DNA of 36,936 bases from Bacteroidales bacterium (GCA_003555385.1 PWHO01000102.1:1-36936), one strand, 5' to 3'. Positions 7,775 through 17,128 are shown, counted from the stretch's first letter. Translations and numbers: made by a program. The notes: generated from the letters alone by a model not told the origin.

Positions 7775-10696
7775 ATGACAACACAAAAACTTGGCAAACT
7801 GTTGCTTTTGCTGGCCTTATTCCTTGTATCGCAGGGAGCGATCTTTGCCAGTGACGCTTATCAGTATGAAACCATTCCGGGCGACCCGCTTAATGCCCGT
7901 ATTTACACTCTTGACAACGGACTCAGGGTATATCTGTCACCTTTCGACAATGAACCCAGAATTCAGACCTATGTGGCTGTCAGGGTTGGCAGCAAACACG
8001 ACCCGGCAGAAACCACCGGACTCGCTCACTATTTTGAGCACCTGATGTTTAAGGGGACAAGCAGCTTTGGCACCCTCGACTGGGAAAAGGAAAAGCCACT
8101 GCTGGATGAAATTGAAGCACTGTTTGAAATTTATCGCCTGGAAACGGATGAAGACAAACGCGCGGCGATTTATCATCAGATCGACAGCATCTCCTATATT
8201 GCATCCACCTATGCCATTGCCAACGAATATGACAGGCTGATGACGGCCATTGGTTCTAGCGGAACCAACGCAGGCACATCCAACGATTTTACCATTTATA
8301 TGGAAAACATTCCGGCAAACCAACTGGAAAACTGGGCCATGATACAGGCCGACCGCTTCAACGATCCGGTGTTGCGCCTGTTCCATACCGAACTGGAGAC
8401 TGTTTATGAAGAGCTGAATATGTCGCTGACCAATGACGGACGCAGAGCTTCGCAAGCAATGTACCAGGGGTTGTTCCCCACCCACCCCTATGGGTTGCAG
8501 ACAACCCTGGGAGAACCCGAACACCTGAAAAACCCATCGATCATCAACATAAAAAACTTTTTCGGGGAATATTATGTACCCAACAATATGGCCGTGGTAA
8601 TGGCGGGAGACTTTGACCCGGATCAGGCGATCAAAGTCATAGACGCCCATTTTGGCCAGCTGGAAGCTTCCCCACTGCCTGAATTGTCTTTTGATCCGCA
8701 GCCGGATCTGACAGAACCGGTCATCAGAGAGGTAACCGGACTGCAGGCCGAAAACATCCAGGCAGGATGGCGGCTGGAGGGCGCTGCATCCGAACACGTG
8801 CCCTACGCCAATATGATCAGAATGATCCTTTCCAACGGGCGTTCGGGGCTGATCGACCAGAACCTGAACCAGCAAATGGCCACCCTGGGTGCAGGTGCCG
8901 GGGTACGCAGCATGGCTGACTATTCTGTATTTACCCTGTCGGGGAGGAACAAAAGCGATCAGAGCCTTGATGAGGTAAAACAATTGCTGATGGAGCAGCT
9001 TGACCTGCTTAAATCAGGAGAGTTCGAAGACTGGCTGATGGAAGCTGCCGTGAATAATCTTCGCCTCCAGGAACTTCGCAACAGGGAAAACAGCCGAAGC
9101 CGTGCCATGGGCATGGCCATGAGTTTCCTGAATAATGTACCCTATGAACATAGTGTCACCTACCTTGATCGCCTGGGCGAAATTACCCGGGAAGATGTCA
9201 TTGCCTTTGCCAACGAGCACCTCCGTGAAGACAATTATGTAGTGGTATACAAGCGGCAGGGGGCTGCGGCCGATGTGGAGCAGGTGGAAAAACCTTCCAT
9301 TACCCCCATTCACATCAACCGTGAAGATGAATCGGCCATGCTGGCACAGATCAAGGCGAGTGAAGTGGATCCCATTGAACCTGTATTCCTGGATTATGAA
9401 GAGGATATTATCAGGAAAGAAACAGCCAACGGGCTGCAGTTGCTTTACGCACACAACGACGCCATTCCCACCTTTTCACTGACTTATTTCTGGCGCATGG
9501 GAAGTTACCATGACAAATACCTGCCCCTGGCAGGCAACTTCATCCGGTTTATGGAGACAGATGATTATTCTGCTGAGGATATCTCCGATGAATTTTACCG
9601 GCTTGCCTGCAATTTCAATGTCTCGGTAGGCAGTGAAGAGACCCGCGTCAGTATCAGTGGCCTCGCAGAAAATATGGAAGCCGCCGTGAGTCTTTTTGAA
9701 CACCTTATTCAAAACGCCCGGGCAGATGAAGCCGCCTTGCAACGGTACGCAAGCAACCTGAAAAATGCCAGGGAAAACAGCAAGGCAGATCAGGGGGCCA
9801 ATTTCTCCGCCCTTGTCAATTATGCCATGTACGGATCTGACAACCCATCGACCTATACCCTCACTGATGAAGAACTGGATCAGCTTACCGTCTCCCGGCT
9901 GACCACAGCCCTGAGGGATCTCTGGCGCATTGAACACAAAGTGGTTTTTCATGGCCCCCAGTCACCGGAGGAAGCAGCCGACCTGGTCACCAGATACCAT
10001 GAAGTACCGGCCACCATGGCATCCGTAGCAGGCGGCATCCGTTTTGAGCCGAGAGAGACCCGGGAAAACAGGGTGTATTTCGCCCATTATGATGCAAATC
10101 AAAGTTACCTGCAGACCATTTCCAGGGGCATTCCTTATGATCCGGAAATGACACCGGTTATCAGCATGTACAACCGGTATTTCGGCGGCGGGATGAACGC
10201 CATCGTCTTCCAGGAGATGAGGGAAAAAAGGGGGCTGGCCTATACGGCCCGTTCCAGTTATTCCGCTCCTTCTTTTCCGGAAGACCACTATATGAAAACC
10301 AGCTTTATTGCTACCCAGAACGACAAAGTTGTGGATGCCTTCAGTGCATTCAATGAACTGTTTGATGAGATGCCGGTATCGGAAACCGCCTTCCGGCTTG
10401 CACAGGAACAGGCCATCAGCAACATCCGCACCCAACGGATACGTGACACAGGGGTCATCTGGAATTACCTCAATGCCAAACGAATGGGAAGAAACAGCGA
10501 CCAGAGAGAACTCCTGTACCATCTGCTCCCGGAAATGACACTTGACCAGGTAATTGCGTTTAACAGGGATTATATCAGCAACCAGCCAAAGACCTATGTC
10601 ATTTTGGGCAATGAAAATACGGTTGACTTCAATGAGATGGAACGTTTATTCGGTCCGGTCACCAAACTTGGCAGGGAAGATTTGTTTATATTTTAA
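7775..10696 (+). CDS. secreted M16-family (insulinase/pitrilysin-like) zinc peptidase, double-domain
   Basis: 973 aa with a signal peptide. Inverted zinc motif HxxEH in HYFEHLMFKGT. The second, inactive M16-like half lacks the motif. Confidence 0.9.
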   Translation: MTTQKLGKLLLLLALFLVSQGAIFASDAYQYETIPGDPLNARIYTLDNGLRVYLSPFDNEPRIQTYVAVRVGSKHDPAETTGLAHYFEHLMFKGTSSFGTLDWEKEKPLLDEIEALFEIYRLETDEDKRAAIYHQIDSISYIASTYAIANEYDRLMTAIGSSGTNAGTSNDFTIYMENIPANQLENWAMIQADRFNDPVLRLFHTELETVYEELNMSLTNDGRRASQAMYQGLFPTHPYGLQTTLGEPEHLKNPSIINIKNFFGEYYVPNNMAVVMAGDFDPDQAIKVIDAHFGQLEASPLPELSFDPQPDLTEPVIREVTGLQAENIQAGWRLEGAASEHVPYANMIRMILSNGRSGLIDQNLNQQMATLGAGAGVRSMADYSVFTLSGRNKSDQSLDEVKQLLMEQLDLLKSGEFEDWLMEAAVNNLRLQELRNRENSRSRAMGMAMSFLNNVPYEHSVTYLDRLGEITREDVIAFANEHLREDNYVVVYKRQGAAADVEQVEKPSITPIHINREDESAMLAQIKASEVDPIEPVFLDYEEDIIRKETANGLQLLYAHNDAIPTFSLTYFWRMGSYHDKYLPLAGNFIRFMETDDYSAEDISDEFYRLACNFNVSVGSEETRVSISGLAENMEAAVSLFEHLIQNARADEAALQRYASNLKNARENSKADQGANFSALVNYAMYGSDNPSTYTLTDEELDQLTVSRLTTALRDLWRIEHKVVFHGPQSPEEAADLVTRYHEVPATMASVAGGIRFEPRETRENRVYFAHYDANQSYLQTISRGIPYDPEMTPVISMYNRYFGGGMNAIVFQEMREKRGLAYTARSSYSAPSFPEDHYMKTSFIATQNDKVVDAFSAFNELFDEMPVSETAFRLAQEQAISNIRTQRIRDTGVIWNYLNAKRMGRNSDQRELLYHLLPEMTLDQVIAFNRDYISNQPKTYVILGNENTVDFNEMERLFGPVTKLGREDLFIF

Positions 10697-10711
10697 TCAT
10701 TTTGTTTCTTT

Positions 10712-10762
10712 GCAAAAGCCGTCATTCCTCCGATGCAGGTGACGGCTTTTGCTTTTATCTTC
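10712..10762 (+). terminator. intrinsic terminator-like hairpin after the M16 peptidase gene
   Basis: Perfect 13-bp stem GCAAAAGCCGTCA (10712..10724) / TGACGGCTTTTGC (10740..10752) with a 15-nt loop, followed by TTTTATCTT. Confidence 0.6.
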
Positions 10763-10768
10763 TGACCG

Positions 10769-11371
10769 GTGACTATTAAAGACAAAATAAATATACCGAA
10801 CGCCGTATCCTTTTACAGGTTACTGGCTTTCCCGGTAATTCTCTATCTGGCCTTAGCAGGCTATGAAAGTGCATTTGCCGTATTGATCGTCATTAATCTT
10901 TTCAGTGACGTGCTGGACGGCATCCTGGCGCGGCTGTTAAAGCAGCAAACGGAATTCGGGGCCAAGCTTGACTCCATCGCAGATATAGGAACTTACTTCC
11001 TTGTTTTCCTTGGAATCTGGATGTTTAAGCGGGCGGACTTCGCCCCGCACGTGGTGAGTTTTTCCACATTTATCGGGCTGCTGATCGTGGCACTGAGTCT
11101 TTCGGTGATCAAATTCGGACGTTTCCCCAGCCTGCATCTTTATTCGTGGAAAATCGGGGGCTACATACAGGGTACGTTTTTTGTGATCCTGTTTGCATTC
11201 GGTTTTAACACCCCGTTCTACTATTTTATGATAACCTGGGGTATTCTGGCTTTCCTGGAACATATAATCATCCAGCTGATCATTCCGAAAATGCAGTCCA
11301 ACGCAAAGGGGTTGTACTGGGTACTGAAAGAAAAAACACACAGAAGACCGGCTCCTGACAAAACAGAATAG
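10769..11371 (+). CDS. CDP-alcohol phosphatidyltransferase family protein (head group unknown)
   Basis: Signature D-x2-DG-x2-AR-x8-G-x3-D-x3-D in DVLDGILARLLKQQTEFGAKLDSIAD. Multi-TM protein. The GTG start is forced: there is an in-frame TGA at 10763..10765 and no ATG before the motif. Confidence 0.85.
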   Translation: MTIKDKINIPNAVSFYRLLAFPVILYLALAGYESAFAVLIVINLFSDVLDGILARLLKQQTEFGAKLDSIADIGTYFLVFLGIWMFKRADFAPHVVSFSTFIGLLIVALSLSVIKFGRFPSLHLYSWKIGGYIQGTFFVILFAFGFNTPFYYFMITWGILAFLEHIIIQLIIPKMQSNAKGLYWVLKEKTHRRPAPDKTE

Positions 11372-11380
11372 CCCCCCGAT

Positions 11381-12109
11381 ATGGAAGGACTGATCTATCA
11401 AATCATACTGGCATACTTCGTCATCGGAGCCATCGCCTTTGCCCTGGTCAGCAGGAATAAAACAACGAAAGAAAAAAAGGAGACCTGGACCAAGTTTGGC
11501 ACCTATTTTCTGATCATCCATATACTTTTTGGAAGCATCTATTTCGGACCGCCCTGGTTCAGCCTGGCCGGAGCAGTGATCGTGATAACCGGATATGCGG
11601 AAATAATCAGCACCGCAAACCGAAATAAAAAGCAGCAAACGGCCCGTTTTTTCGGAGTTTCCCTTGGCGGTTATACATTGCTGGCCGTCCCGTTTTTCCT
11701 CTTCACCTTTCTGGATCAGCCATTGCTGTATTTCACATTTATTGTGGTAGCGGTTTTCGATGCATTCAGTCAGATCAGCGGACAATTGCTGGGCGGCAGA
11801 AAACTCATTCCATCGGTAAGCCCCCGAAAAACAATCTCAGGATTGGCCGGAGGCTCAGCCACAGCAATCCTCACAGCAATCCTTACCCGTGAGCTGACAG
11901 GGGGAGAATGGGTAACTGCCTTGTTTATTGCAGTAATCATCACTATATTTGCATTGTTGGGGGATCTTCTGGCATCCTATTTCAAACGTCAATACAAGGT
12001 AAAAGACTTTGGTCATTTATTGCCCGGGCATGGCGGATTCCTTGACAGGTTCGACAGTTTAATAGCAGGAGGTGCCGCTGTGTTTGTTTTAAACATCTTA
12101 TTATCATGA
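11381..12109 (+). CDS. phosphatidate cytidylyltransferase (CdsA) family protein, short form (242 aa)
   Basis: C-terminal CDS signature [28 protein letters not shown]. Polytopic membrane protein. 9-nt gap from the upstream gene. Confidence 0.85.
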   Translation: MEGLIYQIILAYFVIGAIAFALVSRNKTTKEKKETWTKFGTYFLIIHILFGSIYFGPPWFSLAGAVIVITGYAEIISTANRNKKQQTARFFGVSLGGYTLLAVPFFLFTFLDQPLLYFTFIVVAVFDAFSQISGQLLGGRKLIPSVSPRKTISGLAGGSATAILTAILTRELTGGEWVTALFIAVIITIFALLGDLLASYFKRQYKVKDFGHLLPGHGGFLDRFDSLIAGGAAVFVLNILLS

Positions 12110-12777
12110 GCCAGGAGCTATTCTTTACCATTTTATACAGCTTGGCCTTCATGGCCATCCTTGCCACCGGAGAGATCCTGCACTCTATCCTGAAAGTACG
12201 CACGGAATACACCAGAAAGTTCGCACACAGTGCAGCATCCCTGCTTGCCCTGACTTTTCCGCTGATTTATAACTCCTACGGCTATGTACTGGCCATGGGC
12301 ATCATCTTTTTCCTGGTCATGATCATCGCCAAGAGAAAAAAGCTGCTGATGTCGATCAACGGAGTTACAAGGCAGACATATGGCGGTGTGCTGCTTCCCG
12401 TGGCCATCACCGGTGCTTTTAGTGCTTCTGTTTGGCTCGATGATGCCAAACTTTTTATCATTCCCATTCTGATCCTGGGGGTCAGCGATTCCCTGGCAGG
12501 CCTCACAGGGATGCATTACGGGCCGAAGCTGAAAAAAATCATCATCCGCAAACTGGCACTCAACAAAACCTATCTCGGGACGTCCGTTTTCTTTTTTACG
12601 GCTTTGGTCATGTCTGTATATGTGCTGCACTGGTTTGTGGGGAACTTCAGCACCCATACCATCATGGCTGCTTTCAGTGTTGCAATCGGAGCAGCCATCG
12701 TCGAAGCCTTCAGTTCAAAAGGGCTGGATAACTTCACCGTACCCTTTACCAGCCTGCTGATATTGTCCATGTTCTAA
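12106..12777 (+). CDS. polyprenol/phytol/dolichol (DAG) kinase-like membrane protein, CTP-dependent kinase family
   Basis: Motifs [28 protein letters not shown] and [15 protein letters not shown] resemble the VTE5/dolichol-kinase family. ATGA start/stop overlap with the CdsA-like gene. Confidence 0.7.
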   Translation: MSQELFFTILYSLAFMAILATGEILHSILKVRTEYTRKFAHSAASLLALTFPLIYNSYGYVLAMGIIFFLVMIIAKRKKLLMSINGVTRQTYGGVLLPVAITGAFSASVWLDDAKLFIIPILILGVSDSLAGLTGMHYGPKLKKIIIRKLALNKTYLGTSVFFFTALVMSVYVLHWFVGNFSTHTIMAAFSVAIGAAIVEAFSSKGLDNFTVPFTSLLILSMF

Positions 12778-12789
12778 AAACCGATTACC

Positions 12790-15700
12790 ATGCGGTCATA
12801 CAAAGTCACGGATGCAATGCCTTCAGTGTTCCCGGAAATGCATATTTACAAGGGCATAAGAGACAAATACAAGCTTGATGAGGCGCTGTTTTCCAGTGAT
12901 GGCCGTTTCCTTTTCTCCAATCCCGCGGCGATAAGAAAACTGGTCTTCATGCTCAATAAAGACAGAAGTCCGGTACAACAGGTTTATGCAGGCGAGCTGT
13001 ATGCTGCCGGGCTGATCCATGAAGTTTACCATGTAGTGATTGAGCAATATGCCGAAGTTGTCAACAAAGACGTTTTCAAAAAAGCAGAAAATTTCCTGGA
13101 AGAGCGCCTTGGAAGTAAAGTATTGAATGAGGTCCTGTCCGATTTTGTCCGGACCTTTCCCCCTACCCCTGTCTACAATGGCAGGATATCGGCTGAGGAA
13201 TACCTTAAGGGAAGCTACAGAAATCGCTTACTGCTGCATACCACACTGGAGGAGGCCCTGCTTTTGTCGCTGAGCAACGAGAACCGCGCCAGTAAGAAAA
13301 TCAGGCTCCTTTTTGACAAAAATCATCTCCGCTCAAGAAATGAATTTGAGAAGCTGATAAAAGGGCTGGAAGATTTTTTTGCCGGTCAGCCACCCTATGG
13401 CCCTGGCCATTCCGACGTGATCTCCCTGCTCAGGAGTCCGCTGCTGAGATTTCCCGACGACCTGAGCAGGCAGCTTGACTATATTTTAAAGCACTGGAAA
13501 GACATTCTTCCCGGTGAAATGGCAACCAGGATTCTTCAGGGCCAGGATTTCATGAAAGAAGACCTCGCTCCCGGCGGTCCCGGTGGCCCCCCGCCAACGA
13601 TAGTTCCCGCCTATAAAGCAGGACAAAAAGGCGGAACCATGCACCTGGGAAAATCCGGGTATGATGCCTCCTCCGGAGCTTCCGATGAATACGCCGAAAC
13701 AGAGCGATTTACAGAAGATACCCATTGGATGCCCCGGGTTGTGCTGCTCGCCAAAAATATCTATGTATGGCTGGACCAGCTGTCAAAAAAAAATCAGCGG
13801 GCCATCACCCGTCTGGATCAGATACCTGACGAGGAACTCGACACACTTGCCCGGCGCCATTTCAATGGTTTATGGCTGATCGGTTTATGGGAAAGAAGCA
13901 GTGCATCCCGAAAGATCAAACACCGCATGGGCAACCAGGATGCCATCGCCTCAGCTTATGCTTTATACGACTATCAGATAGCCGCCGACCTGGGAGGAGA
14001 AGAAGCGTACCAAAACCTCAATGAAAGAGCGCGGCAAAGGGGAATCAGGCTGGCCAGTGACATGGTTCCCAATCATACGGGAATCTTTTCCAAATGGGTC
14101 ATTGAACGTCCTGAATACTTCATACAATCGGCCAATCCTCCCTTCCCGGGTTACCGGTTTACCGGGGAAAATCTCTCTGACCATCCCCATGTGGAAATCC
14201 GTATCGAAGACGGCTATTACAGTAAATCAGATGCAGCGGTCGTATTTCAGCGCATCGACAGGCAACACAACGACGTTCGCTATATTTATCACGGAAATGA
14301 CGGCACAATGATGCCCTGGAACGACACCGCACAGCTCGACATGCTCAAGGCTGAGGTAAGGAAAGCCGTCATGCAGAAAATTTTTGATGTGGCCGGGAAG
14401 TTCTCCATCATCCGGTTTGATGCCGCCATGACCCTCGCCAAAAAACATTTTGCCAGGCTGTGGTACCCCCGGCCGGGTACTGGGGGCGATATCCCTTCAC
14501 GGGCCGATCATGCCATGTCCAAAAAAGAATTTGATGACCTGTTTCCTGTGGAGTTCTGGCGTGAAGTGGTGGATAAAATCAACGCAGAGTTGCCCGAAAC
14601 CTTATTGCTGGCGGAGGCTTTCTGGTTTATGGAGGGATACTTTGTGCGCACCCTGGGGATGCACAGGGTGTACAATTCAGCCTTCATGCACATGCTGAAA
14701 AATGAGGAGAATGAAAAATACAGGGATCTCATTACCAACACCCTCGAGTTTGAGCCGGAAATCCTGAAGCGCTATGTGAACTTCATGAGTAACCCGGATG
14801 AGGAAACCGCCATACAACAGTTCGGAACCGGGGATAAATACTTCGGGGTTTGCATTATGATGAACCCCCTTCCCGGGCTTCCCATGTTTGCCCACGGCCA
14901 GGTTGAAGGTTTTACGGAAAAATACGGAATGGAGTACAGATATGCCCGCTACCATGAAGACCCCGACCCGGGCCTGGTTGAAAAACATGAAAGGGAAATT
15001 TTCCCGCTAACCGGAAAGCGTTACCTGTTCAGCGAAGTCAGGCATTTTCAGCTGTATGACTACCTTGAGTACGAGGGCAGGATCAATGAAAATGTTTTTG
15101 CCTACTCCAACCGGCACGGCCATGAAAAAGCACTGGTGCTGTTTAACAACAAGTATGAAATGGCCCATGGCCATATTCATACATCTGTGCCAAGGCTGAA
15201 CACGGAAGGAAGCGGAAAAAACATGACCAGGATAAGTTTGGCGGATGCACTTGGCATCAAAAATGATCACCGGAAATTTTATGTGGCTTTTGAACAAATA
15301 TCCGGGCAGGAATACCTGTTCAAAGGCAGTGACATGCACGGGGAAGGATTGCTCTGGCCACTGCGGGGATTCGAGTACAGGGTGTTTCTTTCTTTCGGTG
15401 AGATGGAAGACCCGGATGGATTCATTGAACAATTTTACCGGCAATACAAGGGAGAAGCCGTAACTGACGTAAGAAAGATGCTGGCAGGCCAAAAGCTGGC
15501 ACCGGTTCACCGTGCTTTTGAAGAGATTTTTGATGAGCAACTTACGCCAAAACAAATCCGGGCAAAGTATGCCTCGTTCGCACACCTTGCATTCAAAGAG
15601 GATGAACAGGAAGACCAATCTGAAGAAGCAACCGGTTATTTTATGGACCTGCTTTCCGGTATCCCGGAGACCATCCGGTCCCTGCAAGCGGGATCAGAAT

Positions 15701-16365
15701 GGATTACCCCCATGCTGGCAGAAACCGGTTTCCAAACTCCGGAAGAATTGTTTGTGCTTGGCAGCGGCAACACCTTGCCGGAAAACAGGATGCTGATGAA
15801 GGCCATCCTGGCCACCTATTCATTGGCCATAACTGCCGGGAAGGGCGAATGGCAGCCGCATCTTTTTGACAAACTGATGCTGGACTGGCCGCTTCACCAT
15901 ATTCTGCAAAGAACAGGACGCAGCCCCGCCGACATTGACCTCGACATTCAGCTGCTGAAAATTCTGCAGCTCCACGGATACGAACTGTTTGACTTTACCC
16001 ATGCTGACCTGCCAAAGGGCCGGCCTGCCATAAAGCCCAAAATGGATCCGGCAATGAAAGAAAAAGCCGCCCGCATCAAAGACCTGCTGGCTGAGCCACT
16101 TGTCAGAAGTTACCTGGGAGTAAATGAATACGATGGAACACTTTATTACAGCAAAGAACAGTTTGAGCAATTGACTCAATGGCTGTTTTCCCTGGGTTGT
16201 CTTCGTCCCTTCACCCCCGGACGCGGACAACAAAAGAGGAGAAGCCCACGCTCGCTCCTGCGACGTGCCCTCCTCCTCTTATCGTTACTAATTGAATATT
16301 CGCTCAGTGCAGGATACAGGCTCCAACAGCTCTCGGATAACCTGCCCGGCAGGGATCCTTCCTGA
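12790..16365 (+). CDS. large alpha-amylase-superfamily (GH13-like) protein with long uncharacterised N- and C-terminal extensions
   Basis: GH13 regions I DMVPNHTG, II IIRFDAAMTLAKKH and III LLLAEAFW. Region IV is degenerate, FMSNPDEE. 1191 aa, 12 nt after the kinase-like gene. Confidence 0.8.
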   Translation: MRSYKVTDAMPSVFPEMHIYKGIRDKYKLDEALFSSDGRFLFSNPAAIRKLVFMLNKDRSPVQQVYAGELYAAGLIHEVYHVVIEQYAEVVNKDVFKKAENFLEERLGSKVLNEVLSDFVRTFPPTPVYNGRISAEEYLKGSYRNRLLLHTTLEEALLLSLSNENRASKKIRLLFDKNHLRSRNEFEKLIKGLEDFFAGQPPYGPGHSDVISLLRSPLLRFPDDLSRQLDYILKHWKDILPGEMATRILQGQDFMKEDLAPGGPGGPPPTIVPAYKAGQKGGTMHLGKSGYDASSGASDEYAETERFTEDTHWMPRVVLLAKNIYVWLDQLSKKNQRAITRLDQIPDEELDTLARRHFNGLWLIGLWERSSASRKIKHRMGNQDAIASAYALYDYQIAADLGGEEAYQNLNERARQRGIRLASDMVPNHTGIFSKWVIERPEYFIQSANPPFPGYRFTGENLSDHPHVEIRIEDGYYSKSDAAVVFQRIDRQHNDVRYIYHGNDGTMMPWNDTAQLDMLKAEVRKAVMQKIFDVAGKFSIIRFDAAMTLAKKHFARLWYPRPGTGGDIPSRADHAMSKKEFDDLFPVEFWREVVDKINAELPETLLLAEAFWFMEGYFVRTLGMHRVYNSAFMHMLKNEENEKYRDLITNTLEFEPEILKRYVNFMSNPDEETAIQQFGTGDKYFGVCIMMNPLPGLPMFAHGQVEGFTEKYGMEYRYARYHEDPDPGLVEKHEREIFPLTGKRYLFSEVRHFQLYDYLEYEGRINENVFAYSNRHGHEKALVLFNNKYEMAHGHIHTSVPRLNTEGSGKNMTRISLADALGIKNDHRKFYVAFEQISGQEYLFKGSDMHGEGLLWPLRGFEYRVFLSFGEMEDPDGFIEQFYRQYKGEAVTDVRKMLAGQKLAPVHRAFEEIFDEQLTPKQIRAKYASFAHLAFKEDEQEDQSEEATGYFMDLLSGIPETIRSLQAGSEWITPMLAETGFQTPEELFVLGSGNTLPENRMLMKAILATYSLAITAGKGEWQPHLFDKLMLDWPLHHILQRTGRSPADIDLDIQLLKILQLHGYELFDFTHADLPKGRPAIKPKMDPAMKEKAARIKDLLAEPLVRSYLGVNEYDGTLYYSKEQFEQLTQWLFSLGCLRPFTPGRGQQKRRSPRSLLRRALLLLSLLIEYSLSAGYRLQQLSDNLPGRDPS

Positions 16366-16372
16366 TCAACTC

Positions 16373-16948
16373 CTATAACGGGTTTGTCAGATCAAAGTCC
16401 GCCTGGAAGACGATCTCGCCATCATACAGCAACCTGTATGAAAAGGTGGTCATTGCCTCATCCATGACTACACGCCATTCACGGCCGTAGTGTCCGTCAA
16501 GCAATTCCCTTGAATACTCGTCCTTCGGGAAATGCTGTTCGAAGGCAGTGCCCTGTCCGTCGGAATAACCGCCATACATCGTATTTTCTTCCGGGGTGCC
16601 ATCGGGGTAACGATGATCATGACGGAAACGCAGCCGGCCGTCTTCGTTGATAAACATCCAGGTCCGCGACTGGTCTTCACCCACGTGGAATGGAATATGC
16701 ACCCTGTCTTCCTCACACAGGGTCACATGCATGACATAATCGCCGTCCCAGCTATCACGTCCTTCGGCCAGGTAAGCCTCCTCACCGGGGAAAGACTGTC
16801 CGCAAAGACTTGCCAGGTTGTCCATGAAAGCCCTTTCCTGCTGTGGTAATTCTGCAGTTTCTGCCTCCTCAGCAGCTTCACGGGGAGCCTGTCCGCAGGA
16901 AGCGATGAAAAAAGCAGCAATCATCAATAAGAGAAAATGTTTGTACAT
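16373..16948 (-). CDS. lipoprotein of unknown function (paralog of 21459..22055)
   Basis: Lipobox FFIASC. The C-terminal ~150 aa are about two-thirds identical to the other copy, with identical blocks IPFHVGEDQSRTWMF, LRFRHDHRYPDGTPEE and DFDLTNPL. Confidence 0.8.
   Translation of the reverse strand: MYKHFLLLMIAAFFIASCGQAPREAAEEAETAELPQQERAFMDNLASLCGQSFPGEEAYLAEGRDSWDGDYVMHVTLCEEDRVHIPFHVGEDQSRTWMFINEDGRLRFRHDHRYPDGTPEENTMYGGYSDGQGTAFEQHFPKDEYSRELLDGHYGREWRVVMDEAMTTFSYRLLYDGEIVFQADFDLTNPL
16653..16681. repeat. 29-nt perfect inverted match to 21747..21775 inside the paralogous lipoprotein genes
   Basis: The reverse complement, GGTGAAGACCAGTCGCGGACCTGGATGTT, is identical to 21747..21775. Confidence 0.9.
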
Positions 16949-17067
16949 AGTGGTTGGTTTAGGTTAATGAATGATATGCCATGCGAACTTACTACTTTTT
17001 GAGCTTATTTTTTAAAAAACGGGTGGATTTTATTCAGTCCTGTAACTTTTCGACAACTGCCCCGTCT

Positions 17068-17075
17068 TATGTTTG
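17068..17075 (+). promoter_or_regulatory. candidate -7 box (TATGTTTG) for the DUF2807/beta-barrel gene
   Basis: Exact TAnnTTTG, 54 nt upstream of the ATG at 17129. Confidence 0.35.
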
Positions 17076-17128
17076 AATATTGCGCAAATTAAAGGAATTG
17101 CGCGGACACTTTAAACCATCATCTCTAA

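Noticed and set aside
7937-8983. 348-aa minus-strand ORF antisense to the M16 peptidase
   Set aside because: Shadow ORF inside a well-supported gene. No motifs, odd composition, and no promoter-like box upstream.
10937-11785. 282-aa minus-strand ORF across the CDP-alcohol transferase and CdsA-like genes
   Set aside because: It is antisense to two genes whose catalytic signatures are intact on the plus strand, and it spans their junction. It is a shadow ORF.
15007-15687. 226-aa minus-strand ORF inside the GH13-like gene
   Set aside because: Antisense shadow ORF with no motif. The plus-strand frame is continuous and carries the family signatures.
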